In this document: positions 10,348 through 20,521 of the stretch, in pieces
Position numbering within the stretch: position 1 is the first letter of the stretch
How the letters are laid out: each line of letters starts with the position of its first letter
NCBI GenBank assembly: GCA_049512815.1
Contig: JBEKWS010000012.1
Location: 58,702 to 122,701 of the forward strand
DNA from: Bacteroidales bacterium
Lineage (GTDB): Bacteria; Bacteroidota; Bacteroidia; Bacteroidales; VadinHA17
Reading direction: 5' to 3'
DNA: 64,000 nucleotides
The notes under the pieces: model-generated
What the model saw: the letters and a program-made list of their open reading frames with translations, nothing else
The model's database searches: none
Told to the model about the DNA's origin: nothing
Position numbers and translations under genes: made by a program

Positions 10348-11766
10348 ATGAAAAAATTATCTTTTTTTGTTGTGATATTCACGTCGCTGGCACTAGCCTC
10401 ATGCAGTGATTCGAATCCGGTATTGACTATTGAAGGTGGCAAAGTAATTGGTGTGCAGACCCCTACTAAGGGGATTATTGCATATAAGGGTATTCCTTTT
10501 GCAGCTCCTCCCGTTGGCAATCTGCGTTGGAAAGAGCCACAGCCCGTTGTGCCCTGGGAAGGTGTGAAGAAAGCAGACACTTATGGCGCTGCCGCCGAGC
10601 AAATAACATGGGATCCTCAAAGTTTTTACGGCAGGGAATGGCGGGCCAGTGGCTCTGTTCCGTTCAGAGAGGATTGCCTCTATCTGAATGTCTGGACTCC
10701 CGCAGCAGGTAAAACGGATCAGAAACTACCTGTCGCCATGTGGATCCACGGTGGCGGCTATCGCGAAGGCTTTGCCTTTGAACCAGAAATGGATGGTGGC
10801 GAAGACTGGGCATCGCGCGGTGTTATTTTAGTATCGGTAACTTACCGTCTCGGCGTATTAGGGTTTTTCTCACACCCGCTTTTATCTGCTGAAAGCTCCC
10901 ATGGTGTATCGGGAAATTATGGTTTATTCGACCAGGTTGCAGCACTTAATTGGATTAAAAATAATATCGGACAGTTTAGTGGCGACCCCAACAACATAAC
11001 CATCTTTGGTCAAAGCGCCGGTGCCGGAAGTGTGCAGTCATTATGCGCTTCACCACTGTCAAAAAACCTGATCAGCCATGCAATAAGCATGAGTGGAGGC
11101 GGTCTGAGCGACATGCGACCAGGTACCCCCCTCGATACAGCACAACTGGCCAACAAGAAGTTGATGGATTATTATAAAAAGACTACATTAAAAGATATGC
11201 GTGCTCTTTCGTTCGAGGAACTAATTAAAATGTCGAAAGAATACACAGATACCACTAAAAAGCTTTTTATGTGGGGTCCTGTTAATGACAATTATCTCTT
11301 AAAAGGCACTTTCACTGATGTAGCACGCGCTAATGATATTCCCGATATTCCTTATATGTTTGGATACACTGCAAACGATATGGGTGACGCAACCCAGGCC
11401 ATAAAAGATTTCTGTGCCCTTCGCGCAGAAAAGAGCACTAAGCCTGCTTTTGCTTATTTATTCGCACGCCAACTTCCTGGTGACGATAATGGAGCCTGGC
11501 ACTCTTCGGATTTGTGGTATGTGTTCCATTCTTTAAGGCACAGCTGGAGGCCTTTCACTAAGGGCGATGAGGCATTGAGCATTCAAATGGTAGACTACTA
11601 TACTAATTTCTCCAGGTTCGGAAATCCGAACGGCAAAGAAAACGGTCTTTGGACCCCTTACACTACCACGGCTCCTAAATTTATGGTATTCAATGTAGAT
11701 GGTGAAAAAGCAGCCTGCACAATGACAGACTCTCCCGAATTCAAAGGCCCGTCTCCCAGAAAGTAA
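10348..11766 (+). CDS. Type-B carboxylesterase/lipase family (para-nitrobenzyl esterase-like), lipoprotein
   Basis: Lipobox (LALASC). Oxyanion-hole HGGGY. Nucleophile elbow FGQSAGAGS. Confidence 0.85.
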   Translation: MKKLSFFVVIFTSLALASCSDSNPVLTIEGGKVIGVQTPTKGIIAYKGIPFAAPPVGNLRWKEPQPVVPWEGVKKADTYGAAAEQITWDPQSFYGREWRASGSVPFREDCLYLNVWTPAAGKTDQKLPVAMWIHGGGYREGFAFEPEMDGGEDWASRGVILVSVTYRLGVLGFFSHPLLSAESSHGVSGNYGLFDQVAALNWIKNNIGQFSGDPNNITIFGQSAGAGSVQSLCASPLSKNLISHAISMSGGGLSDMRPGTPLDTAQLANKKLMDYYKKTTLKDMRALSFEELIKMSKEYTDTTKKLFMWGPVNDNYLLKGTFTDVARANDIPDIPYMFGYTANDMGDATQAIKDFCALRAEKSTKPAFAYLFARQLPGDDNGAWHSSDLWYVFHSLRHSWRPFTKGDEALSIQMVDYYTNFSRFGNPNGKENGLWTPYTTTAPKFMVFNVDGEKAACTMTDSPEFKGPSPRK

Positions 11767-11893
11767 AAGGTGGCTAGGCAGAAGACGAATGATTTGGAAT
11801 GGTATTGGGGTTGCTGGTAGAAATATCTCCTAAATGAGGTTCATTCTATCCTTTGTGGTACCCCCGGAGCATTGGCATCGATACTGCATTCAT

Positions 11894-12607
11894 CTAAATT
11901 CCCATTCTAAAATCTTGAATGCTGCTTTGGGTCAATGAACATTCTTCAAAAGTTGCACTTGTTCCATTACCTAAAGGTGATTGAGTACTTACTCCTGCCC
12001 ATAATTCAGCAGGGTAATCGTTACGAAACAAGCGTACCAACTGCCAGAGTTCTTTATCAAGTGAATAATAGAAACCAATTGTCTTTGTGTCGGATGAAAT
12101 TTTCATGTATATACTTGTGTTATTAACTATATCGTGATTATTATCATCAGACGTTTCAATAGTCCGGACAGTTACAACACGAGTACGCATGCGTTCATCT
12201 CTTTCGAAAGCAAATTTAAACCACCACTTTTTGTTTAAATAGATATACATGGTTCCGGCATCATATGTGTCGATAAACGTGGGAGAAACTTTAGCGGTAA
12301 AAGTAAACGGTTTTGTATTGTCTATTTTTGTTAGTAAAACAGGAGCTGTGCTGTTAGACAGTTTCCCATCCGGGTCGTTAAAATTATCACACTTTGCATT
12401 GCTTTTAAGCACTAATTTACCATCTTCAACAGTTGCAGTGGCTTTTGCGTTATTAAGCGATTTGGTAAACTCAACCCCTGAAACTTTTACAGAACACTCT
12501 TCTCCTTTTTCAATCAGAGGAGTGTTATTACTACTTCCAGTCGGAGTGTTTTTACAACTACTCATTACTGCCAATACAATTAACATGTTTAACCATAATT
12601 TTTTCAT
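11894..12607 (-). CDS. Lipoprotein with concanavalin-like / DUF1349-like fold (tentative)
   Basis: Lipobox (LAVMSSC). Beta-rich sequence with MYIYLNKKWWFKFAFERDE, reminiscent of DUF1349. Weak call. Confidence 0.4.
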   Translation of the reverse strand: MKKLWLNMLIVLAVMSSCKNTPTGSSNNTPLIEKGEECSVKVSGVEFTKSLNNAKATATVEDGKLVLKSNAKCDNFNDPDGKLSNSTAPVLLTKIDNTKPFTFTAKVSPTFIDTYDAGTMYIYLNKKWWFKFAFERDERMRTRVVTVRTIETSDDNNHDIVNNTSIYMKISSDTKTIGFYYSLDKELWQLVRLFRNDYPAELWAGVSTQSPLGNGTSATFEECSLTQSSIQDFRMGI

Positions 12608-12664
12608 AACTAACTGATTTATTTTGATTTATCATATATCCTGTTTTTACTAACTCTTTACTTA

Positions 12665-14176
12665 CTATTTGATTACCAATGTATTAAATGAGTTAGGAGA
12701 CAATTTTGGTGAATAAACCTTATCATTTATTTTAATGTTCACCGACTTTTCGGTTTGTTCCTGATTTGCTAACACAACGACAATACTTTTATCTGGATTC
12801 AAAAATGCCAGTAAGTCTTTGTATTCACCGGTTGTATCCAGTTTTTTTGCTCCAGGCTGTACAAAATGGCTCACATGTTTCAATGAGTAATATTCGTTCG
12901 AATAATTGTAAGTCTTTGCATCGGGATCAACTACTAACAAAGAGTTTTGTGCCCAGCCCCAGCGGCTGATTCCTCCTTTGAGCAACGAAGTATTCCAATA
13001 TTCATAGACAGAAACGCCATTATTTAAGTAGTGTTTCATCAAATCCCACGAGTGTAGAACACCTTTCCAGTCATTCTTACCATCACCGCATTCTTGTTCC
13101 GACTGGTAAAATTTAAGGTTGGGGTATCTTTTATTAATCCCAGGCAGGGCATCTTTCCCGGCCCACTGAAAACCAACTCCTTTCACGTATTTACTGCTTT
13201 TTGGGTCAGTCAGGATGGTATCAACGAGGGCTTCTTTAGGTCTTTCCATTGTTCCGAATAATATTTCGACCCCTTTAGCTTCCATGGCTGGTCCCAAATA
13301 GGCGCCGATAAAATTTGCCAATCCGGCGGCAGTCCAGCAACAGCTAGGAAATGTTTGGGCAGAATTAAATTCATTCTGGGGCATTACCGCGGCAATTTTA
13401 ATTCCTTCGTTTTTGTATGCATCAATAAATTTGGAAAAATAAAGTGCGTATGCTTTCAGGTATTTTTCTTCCTGAACAAACATATTGGTACCTTCTTTTC
13501 CCTCCTTGTCGGCTGGCAGATCATTTTGATAATTAGGATTCATCATTAAACTTAAACGGTCGTTTCCTGAAGACTTCGGTCTGTTCGGATCATCCTTTAC
13601 GCTTTGCATCCTCTTTTCTAACATTTCGCGCATTTTGATCGATGAGCGGCTGGCATAATGTTTATTGTATTTCATCCACGATGGAGGGCTCCATGGAGAT
13701 GCCCAGATTTCCAATCCAGGCAAATAATGTTTGGCATTTTTGATAAACGGAATTAACGTGTTTTTATCATTTTCGATAGAAAATTTAGTCATATCGAAAT
13801 CGCCATCCGTTTCGTCATACGAATACCAGTTTATTGAGAAGTCATTGGCCCCAACAGGCATGCGGCAAACGGTAAAATTAGCGCCAACTCCGGGTGCAAA
13901 AAGCTCTTTCATTATGGCTTCTCTATCTCCTGAATTTAATGTATTCAGTGAAGTCCAGCCTAATTCATTGAAGCATGTGCCAAAGCCTTGAATTGTCTGT
14001 TGTGTTTTTGTCAGATCGATAATTACATCTGCTGTTGTGGAGATATTTGAAGGCATGATTTCAGCTTGTCGATCCCAGGCTTTCTTTTCGGTCGTTGTAA
14101 CCATTTTTGCTGTTTTCGTCTGGGCACTGGTAATCCCAAATATTCCAAGACAAATAATCAATAAAATGTTCTTCAT
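12665..14176 (-). CDS. GH30 glycoside hydrolase (glucosylceramidase-like)
   Basis: Signal peptide. IQGFGTCFNELGW, WASPWSPPSWMK, acid/base MPQNEFN and nucleophile region FYQSEQECG. Confidence 0.8.
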   Translation of the reverse strand: MKNILLIICLGIFGITSAQTKTAKMVTTTEKKAWDRQAEIMPSNISTTADVIIDLTKTQQTIQGFGTCFNELGWTSLNTLNSGDREAIMKELFAPGVGANFTVCRMPVGANDFSINWYSYDETDGDFDMTKFSIENDKNTLIPFIKNAKHYLPGLEIWASPWSPPSWMKYNKHYASRSSIKMREMLEKRMQSVKDDPNRPKSSGNDRLSLMMNPNYQNDLPADKEGKEGTNMFVQEEKYLKAYALYFSKFIDAYKNEGIKIAAVMPQNEFNSAQTFPSCCWTAAGLANFIGAYLGPAMEAKGVEILFGTMERPKEALVDTILTDPKSSKYVKGVGFQWAGKDALPGINKRYPNLKFYQSEQECGDGKNDWKGVLHSWDLMKHYLNNGVSVYEYWNTSLLKGGISRWGWAQNSLLVVDPDAKTYNYSNEYYSLKHVSHFVQPGAKKLDTTGEYKDLLAFLNPDKSIVVVLANQEQTEKSVNIKINDKVYSPKLSPNSFNTLVIK

Positions 14177-14464
14177 AAGTTTAGTATTAAATTAATATTA
14201 TTCTACTTAATAACTAGACGAAAAAGAAAAATTGGAGATCATTGTTGTCCATTCCTTTATGTTTTCAACAAAGAATTTTATCATAAAGCATTGGATGAAG
14301 GTCTTATTTTAACACTACAATCAACAATAGTAGCAAAAATTATCCCTTATGCAAAATAATCTGTATTTTAACAGTTTACCTGAAATTTATTGGACAAGAG
14401 TGCTTCTGAGTATCTCTTTTCAGATAAAGCTAAAAATGTTCAAATTCGAGTAAATATTTATATT

Positions 14465-16360
14465 ATGAATGATAACCTTCACAACAAGCTTCTTATATCA
14501 TTTTTTTGTATTTTTTCAGTTACATGTATATCCTGCCTCAGAAATACCGGCAATGAGAAAAAACTGCATACCTGGGAGATGTTTGAGATAACACTTCTGG
14601 CAGAGAAGGAATATAATAACTACTACATCGACGTAACCTGCTGGGTGGAGTTAGAAGGTTCCGGTTTTTCGAAACGTATATACGGCTTCTGGGATGGAGG
14701 CAATCTTTTTAGGGTAAGAGTTGTTGCAACAAAACCTGGTAAATGGCACTGGCAAAGTTCTTCAAATCAACCTGATGATAATGGACTGAACAATAAACAG
14801 GGTGAGTTTGACGCTATCGGATGGACTAAAAAAGAGCTGGAAAATAATCCTAATCATCACGGTTTTATAAGACCGTCAAAAATGGGCCATTCACTTCAGT
14901 ATGCTGACGGGACTCCGTTTTTTATGATCGGCGACACCTGGCTTGCAGGCACTACATGGCGATTACCATTCAGGAATGCAGTCTCACCGGCTAACTATGA
15001 ACCTGGTCCCGGTATTGGCTTTGAAGATGCTGTGACCTACAGGAAAAATCAGGGATTTAATTCTGTAAGTATGATTGCCTGTTTCCCAAACTGGGAAGCA
15101 GACGAAAATGCAAATACCTATGCCGACTCAAACGGAATATTTTTAAGGAATGCCTGGGAAAAATTCGGTTATTTCGTCAAAAACGGACAGATGACTTCCA
15201 AGGATATGCGGGATGAAAGCTCTAACAAACCTTTCGAGATGTCTCAACTGCACAAAGGAGTGGCAAATTTTGACAGAATAATCCCGGGATATTTTCAAAG
15301 TCTTGATAAAAAAATGAAATATCTCGCTGAACAGGGATTTGTACCATTGCTTGAGAGTGTTAGACGTGATAATTGTCCTGCCTGGAAAGCATACTTTGAT
15401 TTTAATGAATCATACTCAAGGTTTATTCAATATCTTATTTCGAGATATGGAGCTTATAATATTCTTTTCAGCGGTATTCATCTCGACTGGATTCCAAAAG
15501 AATACAGCCTTACAGCAGATGAATTCAATGAAGCCCTGACATATCACTTAAAGAAGTTTGGGCCGATGCCTTTTGGACAACCATTCACTACATTGATAAA
15601 CAACTCAACTTACAGGCAATTCGGTCACGGTCAGGATTGTCCATGGCTTACAATGCACAGCGTGGGCAATAATCCTCGTGATCATCGTATTTCAGCCATG
15701 CTTGATACTTTGTTTAAGCTTATTCCGGCTTATCCTGCCATTAATTTTGAACCTTATTATACCGGATGGGACCATTCCCTTAACAAACCACATGGAGAGC
15801 ATCCTGTCCCTAATTCTGCTCGAGACAATTACTTCACCAGGGCAATGATGTATTTATCCGTCCTCTCAGGCGGATTATCGGGACATGTTCATGGAACAGC
15901 AGGCTATGATATGACAACTACTGGTGAACCGGCAGGCTTAAGGCCATATATATGGGATGCCATGAAATATAAATCGGCTGACTACATGAGACATTTAGGT
16001 AAATTTATTTTGTCAGAAGGCGAAAAGTACCAGACTCTTGAGCCAGTTCAGGAGGACCTTCTGCCAAGGAAAGCCGCCGGCAGTTTTGACGATGGGCTGG
16101 ACGGGTGGTCATATATGATGAGAAATCGAGAAAAAGATTTTGCTTTATTATATTTTGAAAACGGTTCGGTTAAACCAACGCTAAAAGGATTCCTGCCTGA
16201 CAGACCCTATTCTCTGATATGGTATGATCCTCGAACAGGGGGGTGGGAAAAACCACTGACTGTAAGGACTGATTATCAGGGATTATTAATTATTCCTTCT
16301 TTCCCTGACTCTAAAAATTCTTCCGATACTGACTGGGCATTGAAAATAAAGAAAGAGTAA
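14465..16360 (+). CDS. DUF5060/DUF4038 (GH140 apiosidase-like) protein
   Basis: The listed ORF starts at a TTG (14390). The ATG at 14465 is followed directly by a signal-like segment (LLISFFCIFSVTCISC), so it is preferred. FMIGDTWLAG and the overall length resemble the DUF4038 family. Call is from memory. Confidence 0.55.
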   Translation: MNDNLHNKLLISFFCIFSVTCISCLRNTGNEKKLHTWEMFEITLLAEKEYNNYYIDVTCWVELEGSGFSKRIYGFWDGGNLFRVRVVATKPGKWHWQSSSNQPDDNGLNNKQGEFDAIGWTKKELENNPNHHGFIRPSKMGHSLQYADGTPFFMIGDTWLAGTTWRLPFRNAVSPANYEPGPGIGFEDAVTYRKNQGFNSVSMIACFPNWEADENANTYADSNGIFLRNAWEKFGYFVKNGQMTSKDMRDESSNKPFEMSQLHKGVANFDRIIPGYFQSLDKKMKYLAEQGFVPLLESVRRDNCPAWKAYFDFNESYSRFIQYLISRYGAYNILFSGIHLDWIPKEYSLTADEFNEALTYHLKKFGPMPFGQPFTTLINNSTYRQFGHGQDCPWLTMHSVGNNPRDHRISAMLDTLFKLIPAYPAINFEPYYTGWDHSLNKPHGEHPVPNSARDNYFTRAMMYLSVLSGGLSGHVHGTAGYDMTTTGEPAGLRPYIWDAMKYKSADYMRHLGKFILSEGEKYQTLEPVQEDLLPRKAAGSFDDGLDGWSYMMRNREKDFALLYFENGSVKPTLKGFLPDRPYSLIWYDPRTGGWEKPLTVRTDYQGLLIIPSFPDSKNSSDTDWALKIKKE

Positions 16361-16378
16361 CTGACGGTATTCTCTATG

Positions 16379-16567
16379 ATATTGATTTTTAAATGGAATT
16401 GATGCAGGATCTCCTGCTCCGGGTTTAAGGTATATCGACTGGATATCAGGATCCCCGTCTTTCTGGAAATATTCCAGCCTAACCGGATAGAACCCCTTCT
16501 CAAGAGGGACAATATATGAATTTGTTACCTTTGACGAATGGATACCTTCCTCATTGAGTACTTTGGA
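16379..16567 (-). pseudogene. Orphan PA14-domain-like C-terminal fragment (no start codon)
   Basis: A minus-strand frame open for ~100 codons without an ATG/GTG/TTG start reads ...SKVTNSYIVPLEKGFYPVRLEYFQKDGDPDIQSIYLKPGAGDPASIPFKNQY. This matches the C-terminal half of the PA14 consensus (aG.YPi.l.Y....G...l.l.w..pg....IP). Confidence 0.3.
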
Positions 16568-16580
16568 AAAGCAAACCCCT

Positions 16581-17963
16581 TTATTTAAGACTCAACACTA
16601 ATGTAACAATTGATTGTGTTGGAAGTACAACTTCCGGGCTGTTTAAAATACCAGTATTTAAACAATCATCAACTTTAGATGTCCTGTATGCAGATGCTTT
16701 GTCAATTGTATGACCAGCAATGGAAATTTTTACCGAACACTGATCTTTAGAGGAACGGTTAATTAATACAATTGATGCAGAGTCATTGGCAGAATTGATA
16801 AATGCGAGAGATGCCACCAGATTATCTTTAGATGTGCCAATTCTTTTCCATCCGGAATGGATAAATGCTGAGAACTGCTTGAAAACGTAGAAATCTTTTG
16901 TTTTTGAGTATCCTTTTGAATTACTCCAGCGACTTTGATCCCATGGATTATCCAAACTGACCAGTCCGGATCCATCCCAGATCAGCTCCCAGTATAAGTA
17001 GGCAACTGCATCTTCATCATTTAAAGATTTATAAATCAATCCAGCCAGGGAAAACCAGCCACCCAGACTGTATTCTGTCTGAAAATGAGGAATTTCAGGA
17101 TGGAAAGCTCCCACTTTGGAAATATCTGTACTACTCCATGGATCATCTTTATTCACTCCATGATAAAGATGATGTGCTATTCCATACAGATAAGATGTAT
17201 TTAAAGCATTTATGTAATTTTCTACAACATTGAATCCAATTCCTGCAGATTCAGGACCTAGCAACTTAGGTTTTGCAGTTCTTCCCTCTACCATGTTATA
17301 TACAGCCTCCAGAGCCTTGTCATATCCCGCAATTGTGTCAGTGCCGGTTATTTTCTCAATAGGATCAAATCGGCAGGATTCATAACTGGCTGAAAAATCC
17401 GGCTCATTCTGAATACCGATATAAGTCGGATTAATCCCATGACTATTGTAGTCATTTAGAGCTCCTTCCCACCAGTCTGCAAATCCGGAATAATCAAATT
17501 GAACATTTGAATTTGATATGCTATACTTAAGGGTGCCTCCATTTGAACGATCGTGGTTGTTTTTTAAATAAGCCGGAGGACCCCAGGAGGTTGATAAAAC
17601 TTTTATGGGCTTACCTTTAACGGCTTCAGCCTCACTTACAAATTCACTTACCCTGTCAATCATTCCAGCATCATAACCATAAGCATTTCTGACTCGAAGA
17701 ATTTCAAGGTTTAACTCACCAAAAATTGCATCATAGATTTCTTTCTTATTTGGGTGCGCTGTTAGCCAGTCTTCATAGTAGGCTAATGAAGCTCCGAATC
17801 CTTCTACCATTTGAAACTGAGTCTCCGGATCTATATTCAAATCATATTCTTTAGTTATTACTGGATCAGTCTCTTTTTTGCAACGATCAGAAAACACTAA
17901 TATAAATCCAATCATCACTACTAATATAGATCTTTCACGGATTCTCATAATTTTCCACTTCAT
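16581..17963 (-). CDS. GH30-family glycoside hydrolase
   Basis: VEGFGASLAYY, STSWGPPAYLK, acid/base IGIQNEPDF, nucleophile region HFQTEYS, and a C-terminal beta-sandwich ending SIVTLVLSLK. Confidence 0.65.
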   Translation of the reverse strand: MKWKIMRIRERSILVVMIGFILVFSDRCKKETDPVITKEYDLNIDPETQFQMVEGFGASLAYYEDWLTAHPNKKEIYDAIFGELNLEILRVRNAYGYDAGMIDRVSEFVSEAEAVKGKPIKVLSTSWGPPAYLKNNHDRSNGGTLKYSISNSNVQFDYSGFADWWEGALNDYNSHGINPTYIGIQNEPDFSASYESCRFDPIEKITGTDTIAGYDKALEAVYNMVEGRTAKPKLLGPESAGIGFNVVENYINALNTSYLYGIAHHLYHGVNKDDPWSSTDISKVGAFHPEIPHFQTEYSLGGWFSLAGLIYKSLNDEDAVAYLYWELIWDGSGLVSLDNPWDQSRWSNSKGYSKTKDFYVFKQFSAFIHSGWKRIGTSKDNLVASLAFINSANDSASIVLINRSSKDQCSVKISIAGHTIDKASAYRTSKVDDCLNTGILNSPEVVLPTQSIVTLVLSLK

Positions 17964-18043
17964 AAATGAAGATAATCGAAATTAGATCTTGATTAGTTCA
18001 AAGTTAAATATGTTTTTACGATCTAGTTTGAATTGCCAGATAA

Positions 18044-18073
18044 ATAAAAACCCCGGCGGTCTTGTGCCAGGGC
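18044..18073 (-). terminator. Intrinsic terminator of the GH43 gene
   Basis: Minus strand reads CCCTGGC-acaagacc-GCCGGGG followed by TTTTTATTT. The T:G wobble exists only on the minus strand, which supports the orientation. Confidence 0.55.
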
Positions 18074-18126
18074 TTTTATTGTGAAGTTTACAACAAAATG
18101 ATTTTTTCTATCGGGTATTTAACGCG

Positions 18127-20244
18127 CTACTTTTTATTATAGTTAAGTATCACAACAAATTTTCCGCTTTCCTTTCCGGGGATAACCTTCATCTCCATTT
18201 GTCCGGTAACTTTTGTTCCTACTCCGAGAGCGGAGAGAGTATCTGTTACTGTTGCCTTATCCCCAGCACCTATCAATTCGGCTTTGGTCAACTCACCTTT
18301 CCACAAAACAGGACCGAAGGTATGTCTGAATGTGTATTGTCCGGGTACAATATTTTCAAAAACATACTCATCCTGCCCTTCTTTAATCATTTTTCGTTCA
18401 ACCATTTCTCTATCCTTCATAAGTTCAATTTCTGCACCTCTACCCATCGTTTGTTCTGTTCTTTCCCTGTAATAATCTGTTCCACTGTCAAATGCCTCAA
18501 CCTTAAAGTAATATTCCGGATCTCTGTTGAGACTGTGGATTGTCAGGGTATACTTATCATAGACCATGTAGTTGTTGTAAAGTTTATTAAGTTCAATACC
18601 ATAACGAACAACATAACCATCGGCTCCTTCAACAGGTTTCCAGGTAAGGGTTGCGTCGCGACGATCTTCCGGGTCGCGGACAACCATTACATCTCTGACC
18701 TCTGTAAATTTAGCCTTATCAGGGTTTCCGAAAACCCGTAAATCCTTTACAGCAAATTTTCCACTATCAGGAGTGAATACATTGGTTAATTTTACATACC
18801 TGGCTTTTAGAGGTTCTGAAAGCTCGGTATAATCATGTCTGTTATCCACAGTATTATTGCTTTTGTCAATTAGCATCGACCAGTTCTTATTGTCGTTTGA
18901 AACCTGGACTGTAAATGACTCATAACGACTAAGACCACTAACCATGCCAAAGCCCCTGCCAAATTGTACCTTTGCATCTTGCTGGTCAAAATTGACCTGC
19001 AAAGCATATATTTTACATTCCTTGCCAAGATCTACTGTCATAAATTCTCCGGGATTCCCCGTTTGGGCACTCCAGTGGGTCATGAAATTTTCATCAACAG
19101 CATTTTTAACATTAAATCCTTCGAGGGTGGAAGATGCTTCTAGGTATTTTTTATTGGATAAAAGCATCCAGTCCGTAAAGTTATTATCAACTGCATCTTT
19201 CTTGATCCCGGGATAAAATTGCGGGTAATCTCCAAAAGCAGTATTGGAGTGCATTACACCTTCAGCATCAACAGCTGTGGGGAATAAAGCGAGTTCACTT
19301 CCACCTCTCCCACCATAAAATGAAGGGATCATACAAATAGTCCATAAATCCCCGTTTTTGTCGTGGAAAGTGCAACCATGACCTGCCCCGGGAGCAAATC
19401 CGGTTGTTTTGAATGTAAGCGGATTATGTTGGGAATATTTAAATGGCCCAAGGGGACTATCAGACACATAAACCCCGTGAGAGTAGGACAAAAATTCGAG
19501 GCCGATTGCAGCATATTGCAGATAATATTTCCCATTGCGTTTTATCATCCATGGCCCTTCTATCCATGGCGATTCTTCAGGGAAATAGGGCCTGTGTGTG
19601 AAGAAAGGAAATATTACATCTTCACTTCTCCTTCGTTCAAAACCATGTTCGACATAGTTTCCAAAGAAACAGACGACAGGCTTACCTTTCTCCCTGAAGC
19701 TGTTTTTGGGGTCCAGTTCAACAACCTGGAATGGTAAAATCTGCGACCACCCCCAATACATATAAAACCGGCCGTCGTCGTCGATAAACATATCGGCATC
19801 GCCGTAATCCCTATCCAAAGTACCAACCTTTGTCCAAACTCCCTGCTTAGGATCAGTACTTGTGAATACATCCCTTGCATTCATTGAACATGCATATAAA
19901 GTCTCACCATCAGTTAAAACCGATAGGCAGCCCCCTGGAAATTTCGGAACATTAACATAGGTCCAATCCCTCATATTGCTGGAATACCAATATCCTCTGC
20001 CACCGGTAATAAAAAGATAATAATCATTCTTATAAAGGACTACAACAGGCTCTCCGGCCCTGCGTGCTCTTTCAGAACCTACACTCAGGTTGAGAGGATT
20101 ACAGAATGTCATCGGCTTGTCTGTTATCCTGACAAAAAAAGTCCCCGATTTACCTGCATTGTCTGATGCCTGCTTGAATGAAGTACCAGCAATCAAAGTT
20201 ACTATTGCCAGCAGAATAACTGTTTTTAATTTCAATTTGCACAT
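18127..20244 (-). CDS. GH43 glycoside hydrolase with F5/8 type C (CBM32-like) and Fn3-like C-terminal modules
   Basis: Signal peptide. GH43 beta-propeller motifs (GEPVVVLYKNDYYLFITGG, WIEGPWMIKRNGKYYLQYAA). Discoidin-like segment (AVDENFMTHWSAQTGNPGEFMTVDLG). Fn3-like segment (TLTWKPVEGADGYVVRYG). Confidence 0.8.
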   Translation of the reverse strand: MCKLKLKTVILLAIVTLIAGTSFKQASDNAGKSGTFFVRITDKPMTFCNPLNLSVGSERARRAGEPVVVLYKNDYYLFITGGRGYWYSSNMRDWTYVNVPKFPGGCLSVLTDGETLYACSMNARDVFTSTDPKQGVWTKVGTLDRDYGDADMFIDDDGRFYMYWGWSQILPFQVVELDPKNSFREKGKPVVCFFGNYVEHGFERRRSEDVIFPFFTHRPYFPEESPWIEGPWMIKRNGKYYLQYAAIGLEFLSYSHGVYVSDSPLGPFKYSQHNPLTFKTTGFAPGAGHGCTFHDKNGDLWTICMIPSFYGGRGGSELALFPTAVDAEGVMHSNTAFGDYPQFYPGIKKDAVDNNFTDWMLLSNKKYLEASSTLEGFNVKNAVDENFMTHWSAQTGNPGEFMTVDLGKECKIYALQVNFDQQDAKVQFGRGFGMVSGLSRYESFTVQVSNDNKNWSMLIDKSNNTVDNRHDYTELSEPLKARYVKLTNVFTPDSGKFAVKDLRVFGNPDKAKFTEVRDVMVVRDPEDRRDATLTWKPVEGADGYVVRYGIELNKLYNNYMVYDKYTLTIHSLNRDPEYYFKVEAFDSGTDYYRERTEQTMGRGAEIELMKDREMVERKMIKEGQDEYVFENIVPGQYTFRHTFGPVLWKGELTKAELIGAGDKATVTDTLSALGVGTKVTGQMEMKVIPGKESGKFVVILNYNKK

Positions 20245-20521
20245 GATTTGTTTGGATCTAATTTTTGATTGATAATCGATTTTATTCCTGGAAGAAGTAT
20301 TTGTAAAAATAATTTATTATTTGTGGAAAAGAATGGCAAAACAATAATAAAACAAGTAATTAACGATATTTAAGAAATAAGGAAAACCAAGTTCCACTTT
20401 ATTTCACTATACGATTGGTGAATAGAATATTGAAAACATTATGTAATAATAAGATGATTTTTAAAGTTGACAGGTTCTCACCCGGCCTTTCGGCAGATCA
20501 TATTTGTCCAGTGGATATTAT

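Noticed and set aside
14390-14464. N-terminal extension of the DUF4038-like ORF from a TTG start.
   Set aside because: The extension (MDKSASEYLFSDKAKNVQIRVNIYI) precedes a normal Met plus signal peptide at 14465 and lies in AT-rich promoter-like DNA. The longest-ORF start is unlikely.
16578-16594. Possibility that a +1 frameshift at CTT AAA TAA joins the GH30 gene to the PA14-like frame.
   Set aside because: The overlap between the upstream TGA of the +1 frame and the GH30 stop is only three codons. There is no recognised slippery/stimulatory context, and the GH30 protein is already complete. Only the C-terminal half of a PA14 domain would be added.
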